A stretch of 64,000 bases of DNA from a bacterium (GCA_965202625.1 CBDBBI010000010.1:608001-672000); one strand, 5' to 3'; counted from the stretch's first letter, positions 30,678-41,604 are shown. The notes: generated by a model from the letters alone, not told the origin. Translations and numbers: made by a program.

Positions 30678-32027
30678 ATGAAATCGACACGCCAAAGAGC
30701 GCTGAAAAAAGAGGCGCGCGCCATATTCAGGGCCGGACTCGGTGCCGTTCATGCTGGGGAAGCCGTTTATCAATATGTGAAAACCGAAAAGAAACATGGT
30801 GAAGAAATTCTGGTTTGCGGCGGACAAAAAATATCTTTGGAGGAAAAAAAGCGAATCATCGTTCTGGGAGCGGGCAAAGCGAGTTCTCAGATGGCGCGCG
30901 CGCTTGAGCGGCGTCTCGGAAATCGAATTGATGGCGGCGCTGTCGTCACCCAATATGGCTACGCGGAAAAATGTAAGCGCCTTGAAATCTTAGAAGCCGC
31001 GCACCCTGTTCCCGACAGCTCTGGAGTAGAGGCTTCCAAGAAAATAGAAAAGTGGGCTGCTCGCGCCCGGAAAGAAGATTTAGTGATGCTCTTGCTCTCC
31101 GGCGGAGGCTCCGCTCTGATGACCGCACCCGCGTCCGGAATTTCTCTTGAAGACAAACAATACGTCACGGCCTCGCTGCTCCAAGCGGGTGCTCCCATAG
31201 AAGCTCTTAATTGTGTGCGAAAGCATTTGTCCGCTTTGAAGGGTGGGAATTTGGCCCGAACAGTCTTTCCTGCGCGCATTCTCGTTCTTCTCATCTCCGA
31301 CGTGATTGGCGATCCTCTCAATGTCATTGCTTCGGGCCCTGCCATAGGGGATTCGTCCACCTTTGCCCAAGCGAAAGCGTATTTACAGCGCTACGACGTG
31401 TTTCGCAGAATGCCGGCATCCATCAAAAAAAGGCTCAAGGCTGGTTGCCGCCACACTATTCCAGACACTCCTGCTCCCGGCAACAAGATATTCAGCCGTG
31501 TAAGCCACCATATCGTGGCAAACAATAAAATTGCCCTTGAGGCGGCGCGTCGAAAGGCGCAATCAGTGGGCTATCGCGTTCAAATACAAACCCATTCATT
31601 GAGCGGCGAAGCCAGTAAGGTAGGAAAATCGCTAGCCGAATACGCGAAGAAGATTGCGCGCGATTCTCGTAAAAAAAAGCCACCGAAATGCCTGTTATAC
31701 GGCGGCGAAACGACGGTGAGGGTGCTAGGAGATGGGTTAGGAGGCAGGTGCCAGGAACTTGCGCTTTCATTTGCCATTCAGATTAGAGGTCACGAGAACA
31801 TCTGCTTGCTTGCGGCGGGGACCGATGGGAAGGACGGTCCTACAGAAGCCGCAGGCGCGATTGTCGATGGAATGACGGTTGAGACCGCCCAAAATCAAGA
31901 GATTGACCCGGATACCTATTTACGAGATAATAATAGTCATAGTTTTTTCCAGCCCCGAGGCGCATGTATGATTACTGGACCTACAGGCACTAACGTGATG
32001 GATATAGTAATTATATTGGTGCGTTAA
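30678..32027 (+). CDS. Glycerate kinase (MOFRL / DUF4147)
   Basis: GAGKAS, AAHPVPD, LSGGGSAL, GGETTV, GTDGKDG, TGPTGTNVMD. Confidence 0.92.
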   Translation: MKSTRQRALKKEARAIFRAGLGAVHAGEAVYQYVKTEKKHGEEILVCGGQKISLEEKKRIIVLGAGKASSQMARALERRLGNRIDGGAVVTQYGYAEKCKRLEILEAAHPVPDSSGVEASKKIEKWAARARKEDLVMLLLSGGGSALMTAPASGISLEDKQYVTASLLQAGAPIEALNCVRKHLSALKGGNLARTVFPARILVLLISDVIGDPLNVIASGPAIGDSSTFAQAKAYLQRYDVFRRMPASIKKRLKAGCRHTIPDTPAPGNKIFSRVSHHIVANNKIALEAARRKAQSVGYRVQIQTHSLSGEASKVGKSLAEYAKKIARDSRKKKPPKCLLYGGETTVRVLGDGLGGRCQELALSFAIQIRGHENICLLAAGTDGKDGPTEAAGAIVDGMTVETAQNQEIDPDTYLRDNNSHSFFQPRGACMITGPTGTNVMDIVIILVR

Positions 32028-32114
32028 AGTTGGTGTCCGTTCCCAAATCACATCGGTTATTTAAGAGACTACAGTTCGTCCATTTAAAGTGAGGCAGTTC
32101 ACCAGAGGATATCT

Positions 32115-32870
32115 ATGAGGAATGCGAAAGCGACTATTCTTGTCATACTGACGATCTTCATGCCCCTTCAATTTCCCGGGCTTGCTTTTGCTCAGAAGCA
32201 AAAAATAGTTGTGATGGACCTGACCGTGAGTCGGCCTAAAAAGAATTTCAATGAATTGCCGAAGGGTTGGAGACTTAAGGTATGGCAAGGAAAAGCTGAT
32301 ATTCAATTGGTTCAGGATGAAGACGAGGATGCAAAAGTGCTTCGGATGCGCAGCGAAAAAGCATCTTTTTATATTTACAGGGAAATGAACATGGACGTCA
32401 GGAAGTTTCCCCTGCTCTCGTGGAAATGGAAAATTACGAAGCTTCCCGAAGGTGCGGATGCAAGAAAGAACACATCTGACGACCAAGCGGCAGGTATTTA
32501 CGTTATCTTTCCTAAATTTCCCAGTTTCGTCAACAGTAAGTTGATCGCGTATGTTTGGGAAACGAGTGCTCCCGTAGGCGCGATTGTCAAAAGCCGCAAG
32601 AATCCAATGGTTCACTATATCGTCGTCAGGAGCGGCACGAGAAATCTCGACGAATGGATAACTGAGAAACGAAATGTATTGGATGATTACCGAAGGGTTT
32701 TTGGCTCTGAGCCGCCGGAACTTGGTGGCGTCGCATTAGCCGTAGATGCAGACGATACCTTTTCGAACGCAGAGAGCTATTTCGCGAAGATCGAGTTCAA
32801 CAGTCATCCCTCAAGAGTTGCTGCTGCTCCTGAATATACCCGCCTCGCTCAACTGACCAAGCTCCCTTGA
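32115..32870 (+). CDS. Exported DUF3047 domain protein
   Basis: Signal peptide; LSWKWK, DDQAA.IYV.F, YVW, W.TEKRNV..DY...FG. Confidence 0.85.
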   Translation: MRNAKATILVILTIFMPLQFPGLAFAQKQKIVVMDLTVSRPKKNFNELPKGWRLKVWQGKADIQLVQDEDEDAKVLRMRSEKASFYIYREMNMDVRKFPLLSWKWKITKLPEGADARKNTSDDQAAGIYVIFPKFPSFVNSKLIAYVWETSAPVGAIVKSRKNPMVHYIVVRSGTRNLDEWITEKRNVLDDYRRVFGSEPPELGGVALAVDADDTFSNAESYFAKIEFNSHPSRVAAAPEYTRLAQLTKLP

Positions 32871-32975
32871 TGGGTGCTCCTATTACTAAAAAGTTTACTT
32901 GCATGCTCCCTTGCTCTCGTGGAGGGGGGGGGATACATACTCATGCAACTAGAAAGATCCGAGGTTTTCTTATAA

Positions 32976-33914
32976 GTGCCTAGTGCTGAGATAGAGATAT
33001 ATGCTGGCTTTGATCTTGGAGGCTCCTTTCTTAAGGCGTCATCCTTTAGACTGGATGGAGCATTGCGGCAAAATTGCTCTATGGACGCGACGCAATGCCG
33101 CAAAGCAGAGGATTATATCGCTCTTTTTGAGAATGCGAGAGAATTCCTCGCCTTGAATGAGCGCATCAGAGGCGTCGGGATCGCTGTTGCGGGCGTGCTT
33201 GATCTGAATGAGGGGCGAATCGTTGACTCCCCCAATTTACCCCATCTTCGTGACGTTTGTCTTTTAGAACTCTTAAAAGACGTGTTTCCCCTCGTTCCGA
33301 TTCATATGATGAACGATGCAAATGCCGCTGCTCTGGGTGAATATTTCGCGGGCTCGGGCTCAGGATATCAGAGCATGTTCATCATAACGTTAGGCACGGG
33401 CATCGGCGGAGGCTTTATTCAAAGCGGAGAAATTTGGAAGGGCGCATCAGGGATGGCGGGGGAAATTGGCCATATGGCCATTGAACGGAATGGAGAGATG
33501 TGCAATTGTGGTGCTCGAGGATGTTTGGAGGCATATTTTTCGAGCTGGGCGCTGAAGAGAGACGCGAAGGCGTATGCAACGCGACATCCAGATTCCACCA
33601 TCGCAATGCGAGACAAAACATCACCCATCTCTTTATCTGATCTCGCCAGATCCGGAGACCATGCTGCAAAAACAATATGGGAAGATGGAGGACATGCACT
33701 TGGCGTCGGGATCGCCAACATAATGAATTTAGTGAATCCTGAAAGTATCGTTCTGACGGGAGGATTGATGAAGGCGAAAGAACATTTTCTGCCGGCTGCG
33801 CAAAGGGCTTGGGAGGTGAACTCTTTTGAGCGAGCGAGTGCTTCGTCCAAAGTATCTTTAGGAGAGTTAGGAGAGTGGGCGGGCGCGAGAGGCGCCATTC
33901 AGCCTTTCTTATAG
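32976..33914 (+). CDS. ROK family sugar kinase (glucokinase-like)
   Basis: DLGGS, NDANAAALGE, TLGTGIGGG, GEIGH, CNCGARGCLE. Confidence 0.92.
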   Translation: MPSAEIEIYAGFDLGGSFLKASSFRLDGALRQNCSMDATQCRKAEDYIALFENAREFLALNERIRGVGIAVAGVLDLNEGRIVDSPNLPHLRDVCLLELLKDVFPLVPIHMMNDANAAALGEYFAGSGSGYQSMFIITLGTGIGGGFIQSGEIWKGASGMAGEIGHMAIERNGEMCNCGARGCLEAYFSSWALKRDAKAYATRHPDSTIAMRDKTSPISLSDLARSGDHAAKTIWEDGGHALGVGIANIMNLVNPESIVLTGGLMKAKEHFLPAAQRAWEVNSFERASASSKVSLGELGEWAGARGAIQPFL

Positions 33915-34093
33915 AAAGACCGATGCAAGCAGCTTGCGAGTCGTTTTCTCTTGATTTTCATCAGAAATGGATGACAAGAATAAATTAAATAGCGGTTTAT
34001 GATATGTGAATGAAAGCAATATCTATCCATCTCTCTCCCTCCGTGTTGGACACTATCCGGTTGTGAATCTTTGAAAATTTTCTACTTTTACTC

Positions 34094-34139
34094 TTGACAT
34101 ATACAATAGAAACGCACGATAGTGTTAATCTGAATTAAC
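34094..34139 (+). promoter_or_regulatory. Promoter plus palindromic operator upstream of the DtxR-family gene
   Basis: TTGACA (34094) - 18 nt - GATAGT, immediately followed by the perfect palindrome GTTAAT-CTGA-ATTAAC (34124-34139). Confidence 0.6.
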
Positions 34140-34191
34140 TTTATTCTACGCAGATAACAGTTGGATTTTCAATTCATAAGGAATTTACGCT

Positions 34192-34740
34192 ATGGATTCA
34201 CAACGTTCTCATGAGGCGCTCTCGCCAAGCTTGGAGCACTATCTTCGCGCCATATACGAGCTACAGGAGAGGAAGGGGTATGCACGCGTGACGGATGTTG
34301 CGTCCATTCTGGGCGTCGCGAAACCGGCCGTTTCAGCCGCAGTGAAAACCCTTCGCTCAAATGGTTTCGTGTCCCACCGTGTTTACGAAAGTGTTCTATT
34401 GACGGAAGAAGGCGCAAAACGCGCAAAGGGAGTATCCGGAAAATTCTCCGTTTTAATGCACTTCCTCGTAAATGTTCTCGGTGTTCAAGAAGAGCAAGCC
34501 CTCATAGACGCTTGTCTAATGGAGCACTACGTCAGCGGGAACTCGATAGACAGATTTCTCGATTTGCTACGCTTTTTCGAGGAGCCGTGCAATCAGGAAA
34601 TTTTGGAGAAATTTCATCTGTTTCGTCGTTCATGCGAGAGCACTAATACATGCCCGACATGTTCTTACCACTGCGATATCAGCGTCATCGACTTCGACGA
34701 CATGGCGAAGAAAACAAATAAAACGCGCCAACGGGTTTGA
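34192..34740 (+). CDS. DtxR/MntR family metal-dependent repressor with Cys-rich C-terminus
   Basis: LEHYLRAIY, ARVTDVA, LTEEG, DACLMEH. Confidence 0.9.
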   Translation: MDSQRSHEALSPSLEHYLRAIYELQERKGYARVTDVASILGVAKPAVSAAVKTLRSNGFVSHRVYESVLLTEEGAKRAKGVSGKFSVLMHFLVNVLGVQEEQALIDACLMEHYVSGNSIDRFLDLLRFFEEPCNQEILEKFHLFRRSCESTNTCPTCSYHCDISVIDFDDMAKKTNKTRQRV

Positions 34741-34849
34741 ATCTGCTGGCGTCATAAAGATTTATTCTCTTCTCCCACGACTCAAACTGAAGTCGAATTC
34801 ACGGGAAGTAGGCCAAATGGCTACCATTCTCTAAAAGGAGGTAGAACCA

Positions 34850-35920
34850 ATGTTTGTAGCGTTCTACAGAAAAAAACAGGCGAGATTATGTCTGTGGATT
34901 TCTATGCCCGCTATCCTGATCGCGCTCACCCTAGGCAAAGCCACAGCAGGCACCGAAGAGAGCGTGAACCTCTACTCTTACCGACAGCCTTTTCTCATCC
35001 AACCGATTTTGAAATCGTTTGCTGAGAAAACGGGGATCAAGGTCAACATCGTTTTTGCAAAAAAGGGTATGCTGGAGAAAATCAAGGCGACGCCCGGGGC
35101 GGCTGACGCGGTCCTCACTGTGGACATCGGACGTCTACATGATATGGACGAAGCTGGATTGCTGCAACCGGTGAAGTCGAGAGTGTTGGAACGCAACATC
35201 CCTTCGGCCTATCGCCATCCCAAGGGACACTGGTTTGGCCTCACACTTCGCGGAAGGGTCATATACGCCAGCAAAGAGCGCGTAAAGCCGGGGGAAATTT
35301 TTCGCTATGAGGACATGGCCGCTCCGAAGTGGAAAGGCAGAATTTGCCTGCGCTCGGGCAAGCACGTCTATAATATCTCCTTTTTCGCTTCCATGATAGC
35401 GCATCGGGGCGAGGCGGAAACCAGGAAATGGTTGTCCGCGCTCAAGTCCAACCTAGCCCGCAAACCCAGTGGGAACGACCGTGCACAGGCGAAGGCCATT
35501 TACGCGGGACAATGCGACATCGCTGTGGGCAACACCTATTACATGGGAAAAATGTCGACAAATCAGAAAAAGAAAGATCTGAGAAAATGGGCGAAAGCGA
35601 TATACCTCGTTTTTCCCAATCAGAAAGATAGGGGCGCACACGTTAACGTTAGTGGCGCCGCCGTCACAAAGCATGCGAAAAATCGTAAAAACGCGGTTCA
35701 ACTCATCGAGTTTCTAAGTGGAGAATATGCGCAAAAATTGTATGCTGGTCAGAATTTTGAGTATCCGCTGAAAAAGGGAGTGAAAACCCATCCTTTGGTC
35801 GCATCTTGGGGGAAATTCAAGGCGGATAATATCAACCTCGCCAAGGTGGCGAATTTTCGGGCCTTGGCCTCTCGGCTAGTGGATCAGGTAGGTTTCAATA
35901 GCTTCAGGCCAAGCAATTAG
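34850..35920 (+). CDS. Fe(3+) ABC transporter substrate-binding protein (FbpA/FutA)
   Basis: VNLYSYRQ, TVDIGRL, GNDRAQ, NTYY. Confidence 0.92.
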   Translation: MFVAFYRKKQARLCLWISMPAILIALTLGKATAGTEESVNLYSYRQPFLIQPILKSFAEKTGIKVNIVFAKKGMLEKIKATPGAADAVLTVDIGRLHDMDEAGLLQPVKSRVLERNIPSAYRHPKGHWFGLTLRGRVIYASKERVKPGEIFRYEDMAAPKWKGRICLRSGKHVYNISFFASMIAHRGEAETRKWLSALKSNLARKPSGNDRAQAKAIYAGQCDIAVGNTYYMGKMSTNQKKKDLRKWAKAIYLVFPNQKDRGAHVNVSGAAVTKHAKNRKNAVQLIEFLSGEYAQKLYAGQNFEYPLKKGVKTHPLVASWGKFKADNINLAKVANFRALASRLVDQVGFNSFRPSN

Positions 35921-35989
35921 CAATAGTATCAAGCCCCCCCAATATCCGCATTGCGTGTGCGGGCTTGGGAGCACCTTACAATAAAGCCA

Positions 35990-37690
35990 ATGAGCACAGA
36001 CGTCGAATTTTACACAGACGCCTCTCCGAGGCGTTTCAAAAAGTGGATTCATCTGGATTTTTGGACGAGCGTATCTCTTCTGCTCACATTTCTCATTGCG
36101 ACTCCGCTCCTGTCTGTGGGTATCCTCGCGCTCAAGCCTAGCGGCGACATCTGGCGTCACCTAATCATGACTGTACTATCACGCTATATGAGCACCACCA
36201 TAGGCCTAATGGTGGGTGTAGGCACTGGCGCGTTGATCATCGGAGTGTGCAACGCGTGGCTTGTGACAATGTGTCGCTTTCCGGGACGACGAATTTTTGA
36301 ATGGGCGCTTCTCCTGCCCTTAGCGATGCCCACATACGTGGTGGCTTACGTCTACACGGATGTTTTTGAGTACGCGGGTCCCGTACAGACACTGTTGCGA
36401 GACATCTTCGGGTGGGAATCAGGTCGAGATTACTGGTTTCCGGAAATACGCTCTCTCGGCGGTGCGATTTTCGTGATGACGATTACGCTTTATCCATACG
36501 TGTATCTACTTGCGCGCGTCGCTTTCATCCAGCAATCGGTTTGCATATTGGAAGTGAGCAGAACTTTGGGCAAAACCTCGTGGCGAAGCTTTTGCTCTAT
36601 CGCCCTGCCCTTAGCGCGCCCATCTCTCATCATTGGGGTGAGTCTTGTCTTAATGGAGGTGCTGAATGATTTCGGAACGGTTGATTTCTTCTCTGTGGAA
36701 ACGCTCACGGCCGGCATCTTTGACGTATGGCTCAACTTAAACAATATCTCGGGTGCCGCCCAACTTGCCGTTGTCGCTCTGTGTTTTATTTTACTTCTTT
36801 TGTGGGCAGAGAGAAAATCGCGCAGTAATCAGAGATACTTCCACACTTCCACCAAGTATCAGACGCTCCCAAGTTATCAACTGGTTCGCGCGAAAACGTT
36901 GGGTGCGGTGATTTCATGCCTGCTACCGATTGGATTCGGATTTATCCTGCCATCTTGTATCTTGGCTTATTACGCTTGGATTTTTTATGAAGAGAGTATT
37001 TCGCGGCACTTTTATTCGATTCTTTCCAACAGCCTGATTTTGTCATCCCTTAGCGCAATCTTGTCCCTTTGTGCAGGCTCTTTTCTAGCCTATGGAGTCC
37101 GCCTGAAGAATAATGCGGTTCTGAGGTCAGCCGCTAGGTTCGCCCACACAGGGTATGCCGTTCCAGGGGCGGTTCTCGCCGTCGGCGTCCTGATTCCAAC
37201 GGGAAAGCTCGACGTCTTCATACAAGTATTTCTTAAAGACATCTTTGACATATCCACCGGCTTATTCTTTAGCGGCACGATCATGGCTGTTAGTTATGGG
37301 TATCTGGCGCGTTTCCTAGCACTTTCCTATGGTGCCGTAGAAGCCAGTCTGATGAGAATCACTCCCAACATGGATGGGGCCGCTCGAACGCTGGGTATGG
37401 GGCCCGCCAGAACTCTAAGACGCGTTCATCTGCCCATGATCAGGGGCGGCATTCTGACGGCGGCCATATTGGTGTTTGTCGACACCATGAAAGAACTTCC
37501 TATGACGCTCATCTTGCGCCCATTCAACTTCGAAACCTTGGCTACCCATGTGCATCAAATGGCCTCAGATGAGCTCCTGGAAGAGAGCGCGCTCGGTTCG
37601 TTGAGCATCGTGGCGGCCGGACTGTTGCCTGTCATCTATTTGAGCCGCACCATCCGGGGATCGCGCCCGGGAGGAGAAAAACAAGGATGA
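35990..37690 (+). CDS. Iron ABC transporter permease (FbpB/FutB)
   Basis: PLAMPTYVVAY, YPYVYL, two EAA-like loops, MKELP. Confidence 0.92.
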   Translation: MSTDVEFYTDASPRRFKKWIHLDFWTSVSLLLTFLIATPLLSVGILALKPSGDIWRHLIMTVLSRYMSTTIGLMVGVGTGALIIGVCNAWLVTMCRFPGRRIFEWALLLPLAMPTYVVAYVYTDVFEYAGPVQTLLRDIFGWESGRDYWFPEIRSLGGAIFVMTITLYPYVYLLARVAFIQQSVCILEVSRTLGKTSWRSFCSIALPLARPSLIIGVSLVLMEVLNDFGTVDFFSVETLTAGIFDVWLNLNNISGAAQLAVVALCFILLLLWAERKSRSNQRYFHTSTKYQTLPSYQLVRAKTLGAVISCLLPIGFGFILPSCILAYYAWIFYEESISRHFYSILSNSLILSSLSAILSLCAGSFLAYGVRLKNNAVLRSAARFAHTGYAVPGAVLAVGVLIPTGKLDVFIQVFLKDIFDISTGLFFSGTIMAVSYGYLARFLALSYGAVEASLMRITPNMDGAARTLGMGPARTLRRVHLPMIRGGILTAAILVFVDTMKELPMTLILRPFNFETLATHVHQMASDELLEESALGSLSIVAAGLLPVIYLSRTIRGSRPGGEKQG

Positions 37691-37695
37691 TATAA

Positions 37696-38769
37696 ATGGC
37701 CAAACTTGAGATCAAGAATGTATCGCATTCATACGGCACAAAAGAAATCATCAAGGATTTATCTTTCACCGCCGAGCTGGGAGAAATTGCATGTCTACTG
37801 GGCCCTTCTGGATGCGGCAAGACGACTCTTTTGCGTCTGGTGGCTGGACTCACTCCGCTACAGTCAGGACGGATTCGCCTCGACGAAAAGGTCGTATCTG
37901 AACCTGCGCGCGGAATCGAGACGCCGCCGGAGAAGAGAAACGTGGGCTTCATGTTCCAAGACTATGCTCTTTTTCCGCACTTAAACATTTTTCAGAACAT
38001 CGCTTTTGGGGTAAAGAACCCCTCGCTAGAAAAGCTTGCCGAAATACAAAGAAGCATGATTCAAATGGATATCGTGGAATTGACCGACGCATATCCACAT
38101 ACTCTTTCCGGTGGCCAACAGCAGCGTGTCGCCTTGCTTCGGGCGTTGGCACCCATCCCCCGGCTCCTTCTTTTGGACGAACCGTTCTCCGGTCTTGATA
38201 TCAATCTCCGAACCCAAGTGCGCGAGGATACACTGGGATTACTCAAGCAAACAGGCATCACTACGCTCATGGTCACACATGACCCACAGGAAGCGATGTA
38301 TATGGCCGACCACATATTGGTCATGAAAGATGGAAGAATTGAACAAAGCGGATCGCCGCGTGAAATTTATCAATTTCCCACCACCGAATTTGCTGCTCGC
38401 TTTGTTGGCCAGACCAACATTTTGCAAGGCATCATTCTATCGACCAATTACGATGAAGTGATGACAACCATTGGGGCCGTGCCGTGCCTCTCTATGCGCG
38501 GTCTTGAATTCGGCACAGATGCCTTCATTTCCATTCGGCCAGAGAGCTTTGAAATTGACCCGAATGGACCCTTTCGAGCCAAGATTTGCAGCATTCGCTA
38601 TGTAGGACAATCCATGTTGCTAGAAGTCGAGATAATCGGCGAAATCGGTAAGGGACACCGGTTAAAAATAGGCGTGCACCCCAATTCAAGGGTAGATGTT
38701 GGAGAAGAGATCCGATTCCGCATTATGCCAGATTTTGTCACGGTGATTGAATATCCGCTCGATGACTAG
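37696..38769 (+). CDS. Iron ABC transporter ATPase (FbpC/FutC)
   Basis: GPSGCGKTT, FQDYALFPHL, LSGGQQQR, TOBE-like tail. Confidence 0.92.
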   Translation: MAKLEIKNVSHSYGTKEIIKDLSFTAELGEIACLLGPSGCGKTTLLRLVAGLTPLQSGRIRLDEKVVSEPARGIETPPEKRNVGFMFQDYALFPHLNIFQNIAFGVKNPSLEKLAEIQRSMIQMDIVELTDAYPHTLSGGQQQRVALLRALAPIPRLLLLDEPFSGLDINLRTQVREDTLGLLKQTGITTLMVTHDPQEAMYMADHILVMKDGRIEQSGSPREIYQFPTTEFAARFVGQTNILQGIILSTNYDEVMTTIGAVPCLSMRGLEFGTDAFISIRPESFEIDPNGPFRAKICSIRYVGQSMLLEVEIIGEIGKGHRLKIGVHPNSRVDVGEEIRFRIMPDFVTVIEYPLDD

Positions 38770-38829
38770 TCGCCTCTCTCAATGTCGCTTACTTTTTTCG
38801 GTGAGAGACTACGTTTGGCATTCCCCCTG

Positions 38830-39870
38830 AATTTTTGATGAAGGTCTTCGTCCGTCAGCGAATTTTCAGCACATCCTTGTTGATGTTCTTTTTCAATGAA
38901 GGCGTTTCCGTCATAGAGTCGAACTTCCACGCTCCCGGGAAAAGGTGAGGAAAACCCTGCGCGTCATCTTGAACGTAAGAGACTTTATTCGTCAGAGTCA
39001 GCACATCGCGATCTTCTATGCACTTCCTCGAAGTCATCCACCCCTCACCAAAATGCTCGCTCAACAATACGCAAGGAGAGTTTGGCTTCATATTCACCTC
39101 TTAGTTTTCGGAATCAGGTCAAGAACCCAGTCTATCGTTCATTCGCAGCGTGGCAGATGAGGCTTTAGATTTTTGCGCGATATATTTCTTCTTGATTCCT
39201 GAGCCGAATACAAGCGTCCATAAATACATTGATCACATGGCCGCAAGGATAGGATTTGAAGCCACCAGACAGAGTTTCTCATATGTCGCCAAGATATTTA
39301 TTTGGTGAAAACCTCGACCTTGAATTCCTCATCGGCGATGATGCGCCGAAGGTTCCGGCAATAGCGGTCATGTGAAAATCCCAAGCGTGGAATTTACCGG
39401 AGGTGGTTCATCCGATTCGAATCTATGATTCAAACCCCGCCCGCAAGCGCGAATGAAATCTGGCCTGTTTTTGGAGAATGCTTCATCTACCGAAAAACCG
39501 CAGGAACGACCGCCGCTGCGATTCGGATGATCGATTTGCACGTTTATACTTAAAAGGCAGAGCATGGTCAGAGTGCATTCAAAAAAGCGGCGTTCGCCGC
39601 GAGGATTCAAGATTTCTCACCTATCGCACTGCAAGGATCCAAGTCATGGAAGGAGTGGTTTTCGTACTCTGGTATCTTTCCTATGATGTTTTTCGTCATC
39701 GCCGCAGGGCACATCAATTTCCATTGAGCGGGCAGCAAGAGTGATTCCGATGAAGTCAAGGGTCAGGAATTTTGCTTGGTGGGCCATTCAGCGAAGAATG
39801 TTATTGAAGTCCAAAGTTTTGGGAAATTAGCACAGAGCCTCACTGGGCGTCGGAGACACGTTATTTCAAC
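38830..39870 (-). pseudogene. Heavily decayed MmgE/PrpD family gene
   Basis: Minus-strand LGDI*ETL..FKSYPCGHVINVFMDAC (~39190-39295) and 'DVLTLTNKVSYVQDD..FPHLFPG'; many stops and frameshifts; boundaries approximate. Confidence 0.65.
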
Positions 39871-39872
39871 TC

Positions 39873-40877
39873 TTATGAAATTTTGGGGAACACTTCCTCC
39901 GCCATCATCTGCATGGTCTCCAGAACGAGCGACTGAGGCATCCCCGGCCACTGCATACTCATGACAAGGTGATTGACGCCAAGACTAGCCAGCTCCAACA
40001 TGCCCTCTGAAACTTCATCTGGCGATCCAAGGAGAAACCGTTTTTGTAATAGATCATCAAACTGTTGGCCCAAGTCGTCATCTCCTTTGGGCATGGCCTT
40101 ATCTTGTCCCCAACGATGATATTCTCGATATTTAATCTCCAGATATGGTTTAGTGAGCCGAATGGCCTCCGCCTTGTCGCGCGCGACAAACACTTCGCGC
40201 CGCATCGGAAATTCAGCGGGAAAAGGTTTGCCGAGATCTTCGAGAGTCTGGCGATAAAGCGCGATTTGACGCCTGGTCGTGTCAAGCCGATTGTGTGGGT
40301 TCACATAGTAGCAGTCGCCCAACCTAGCCGCCCGACGAATGCCTGCATCGCTGTTCGCCCCAATCCAAATGGGGGGATGCGGCTTCTGAACGGGTTTAAG
40401 AGGACACGACGCCTCAAGCAATTCAAAGTGAGAGCCTCGCATCGAAACCTTATCTTCTGACCAAAGACGCTTGATGGCCTCGAGATTCTCCTCCAGGCGT
40501 CTCGCCCTCTCCCTCTGCGTCGTGCCAAATCCCCTGAATTCCACTTCTCGGTAGCCGAGACCCGCGCCAAATATGAGTTTCCCATTCGACATCACGTCAA
40601 TCGTTGCCAACTGCTCCGCTATGTCCATAGGTTTATGAAGCGACAACAACACGATGCCAGCATTGAGCCGAAGAGCTGGTGCCTCCGCGTTCACTCGGGC
40701 GAGAAAAGGTAGCTGCTGAAAATCCTGAAGAGGATACGCACTATAGTGATTTCCTTTAGTGATCGAGGCGAACCCTAATTCCTCCGCCCTTCTCGCTTGC
40801 TCCATCAATTCATGGAAGCGAACCCGCATGTCATCTTCTAAGGTGAATTGACCTCTCAGCATTATGCCGAATTGCAT
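39873..40877 (-). CDS. LLM-class flavin-dependent oxidoreductase
   Basis: AEELGF, AEQLATIDVMSNGKL, PVQKPHPPIWIG. Confidence 0.9.
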   Translation of the reverse strand: MQFGIMLRGQFTLEDDMRVRFHELMEQARRAEELGFASITKGNHYSAYPLQDFQQLPFLARVNAEAPALRLNAGIVLLSLHKPMDIAEQLATIDVMSNGKLIFGAGLGYREVEFRGFGTTQRERARRLEENLEAIKRLWSEDKVSMRGSHFELLEASCPLKPVQKPHPPIWIGANSDAGIRRAARLGDCYYVNPHNRLDTTRRQIALYRQTLEDLGKPFPAEFPMRREVFVARDKAEAIRLTKPYLEIKYREYHRWGQDKAMPKGDDDLGQQFDDLLQKRFLLGSPDEVSEGMLELASLGVNHLVMSMQWPGMPQSLVLETMQMMAEEVFPKIS

Positions 40878-41064
40878 TTTTCTTCCTTCGCCATAAGAAA
40901 ATTTTTCATTTGGATAGGATGGTTAACAGCGCCATGATTGGTACATTATGGTTGCGTATTCGACGATGCTAAGCGATACTTATCGAGTAAGCTACCGCAT
41001 CGCATGCCGCTTGACAAGCAGGTTGTATTTTCATAATCGGAGATTGTCATTCGATTTTCTGCAA

Positions 41065-41604
41065 TCAAACTAGGTGTTGGTTCTCATTTATCATCTCACC
41101 AGCGAAATCGCGCTTGTAAAGTCGTTCGTCGTATCCTCGGTAGTTCACTTCTGCTGGACTCGGGTTATAGAATTCACAGATCAGAACATACTTGTTCGAC
41201 AATTCGTATAAATTTCTATAGAAGGCAAAGAGATGATCCGGATTGATGTGAATGAGAACGGTCCTCGTGGACGTGAGGTCGTATTTTCTATCAGCTGGAA
41301 TGGCTTTAAGAATAGAATTGTTTACAATTTCAGCGATGCTACGGGACCTTGCGATGTTCGCGGCGGTTTCATTAATTTCATAGCCGCGAAGATCTAGGTT
41401 CGGATAAATTCCATAAAACGCTTGCGGATTAATACCGATATTACAGCGGAGCTCAAGAGCTGACTTCACATTCAGAGCGCACTTTAGAATGTTCGCAAAT
41501 CGAACCATATGGGTTGTTACAAGGTTTTCCTCTTGATTCCGAGTAATGTATTCATTTCCGAACTCACCCGCCCAAAATGCTTCTTGTTCGGTCTGATATT
41601 TCAT
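41065..41604 (-). pseudogene. Pseudaminic-acid-biosynthesis-associated methylase (TIGR03587-like), probably truncated
   Basis: YQTEQEAFWAGEFGNEY..RN, VLIHINPD, LYKRDFAGE; SAM motif reads ELRCNIG; short C-terminus. Confidence 0.7.

Noticed and set aside
39270-39290. TGA in the MmgE/PrpD remnant as Sec or Trp recoding
   Set aside because: It sits at a likely Trp position in a gene with many other lesions, and TGA is a normal stop elsewhere in the window
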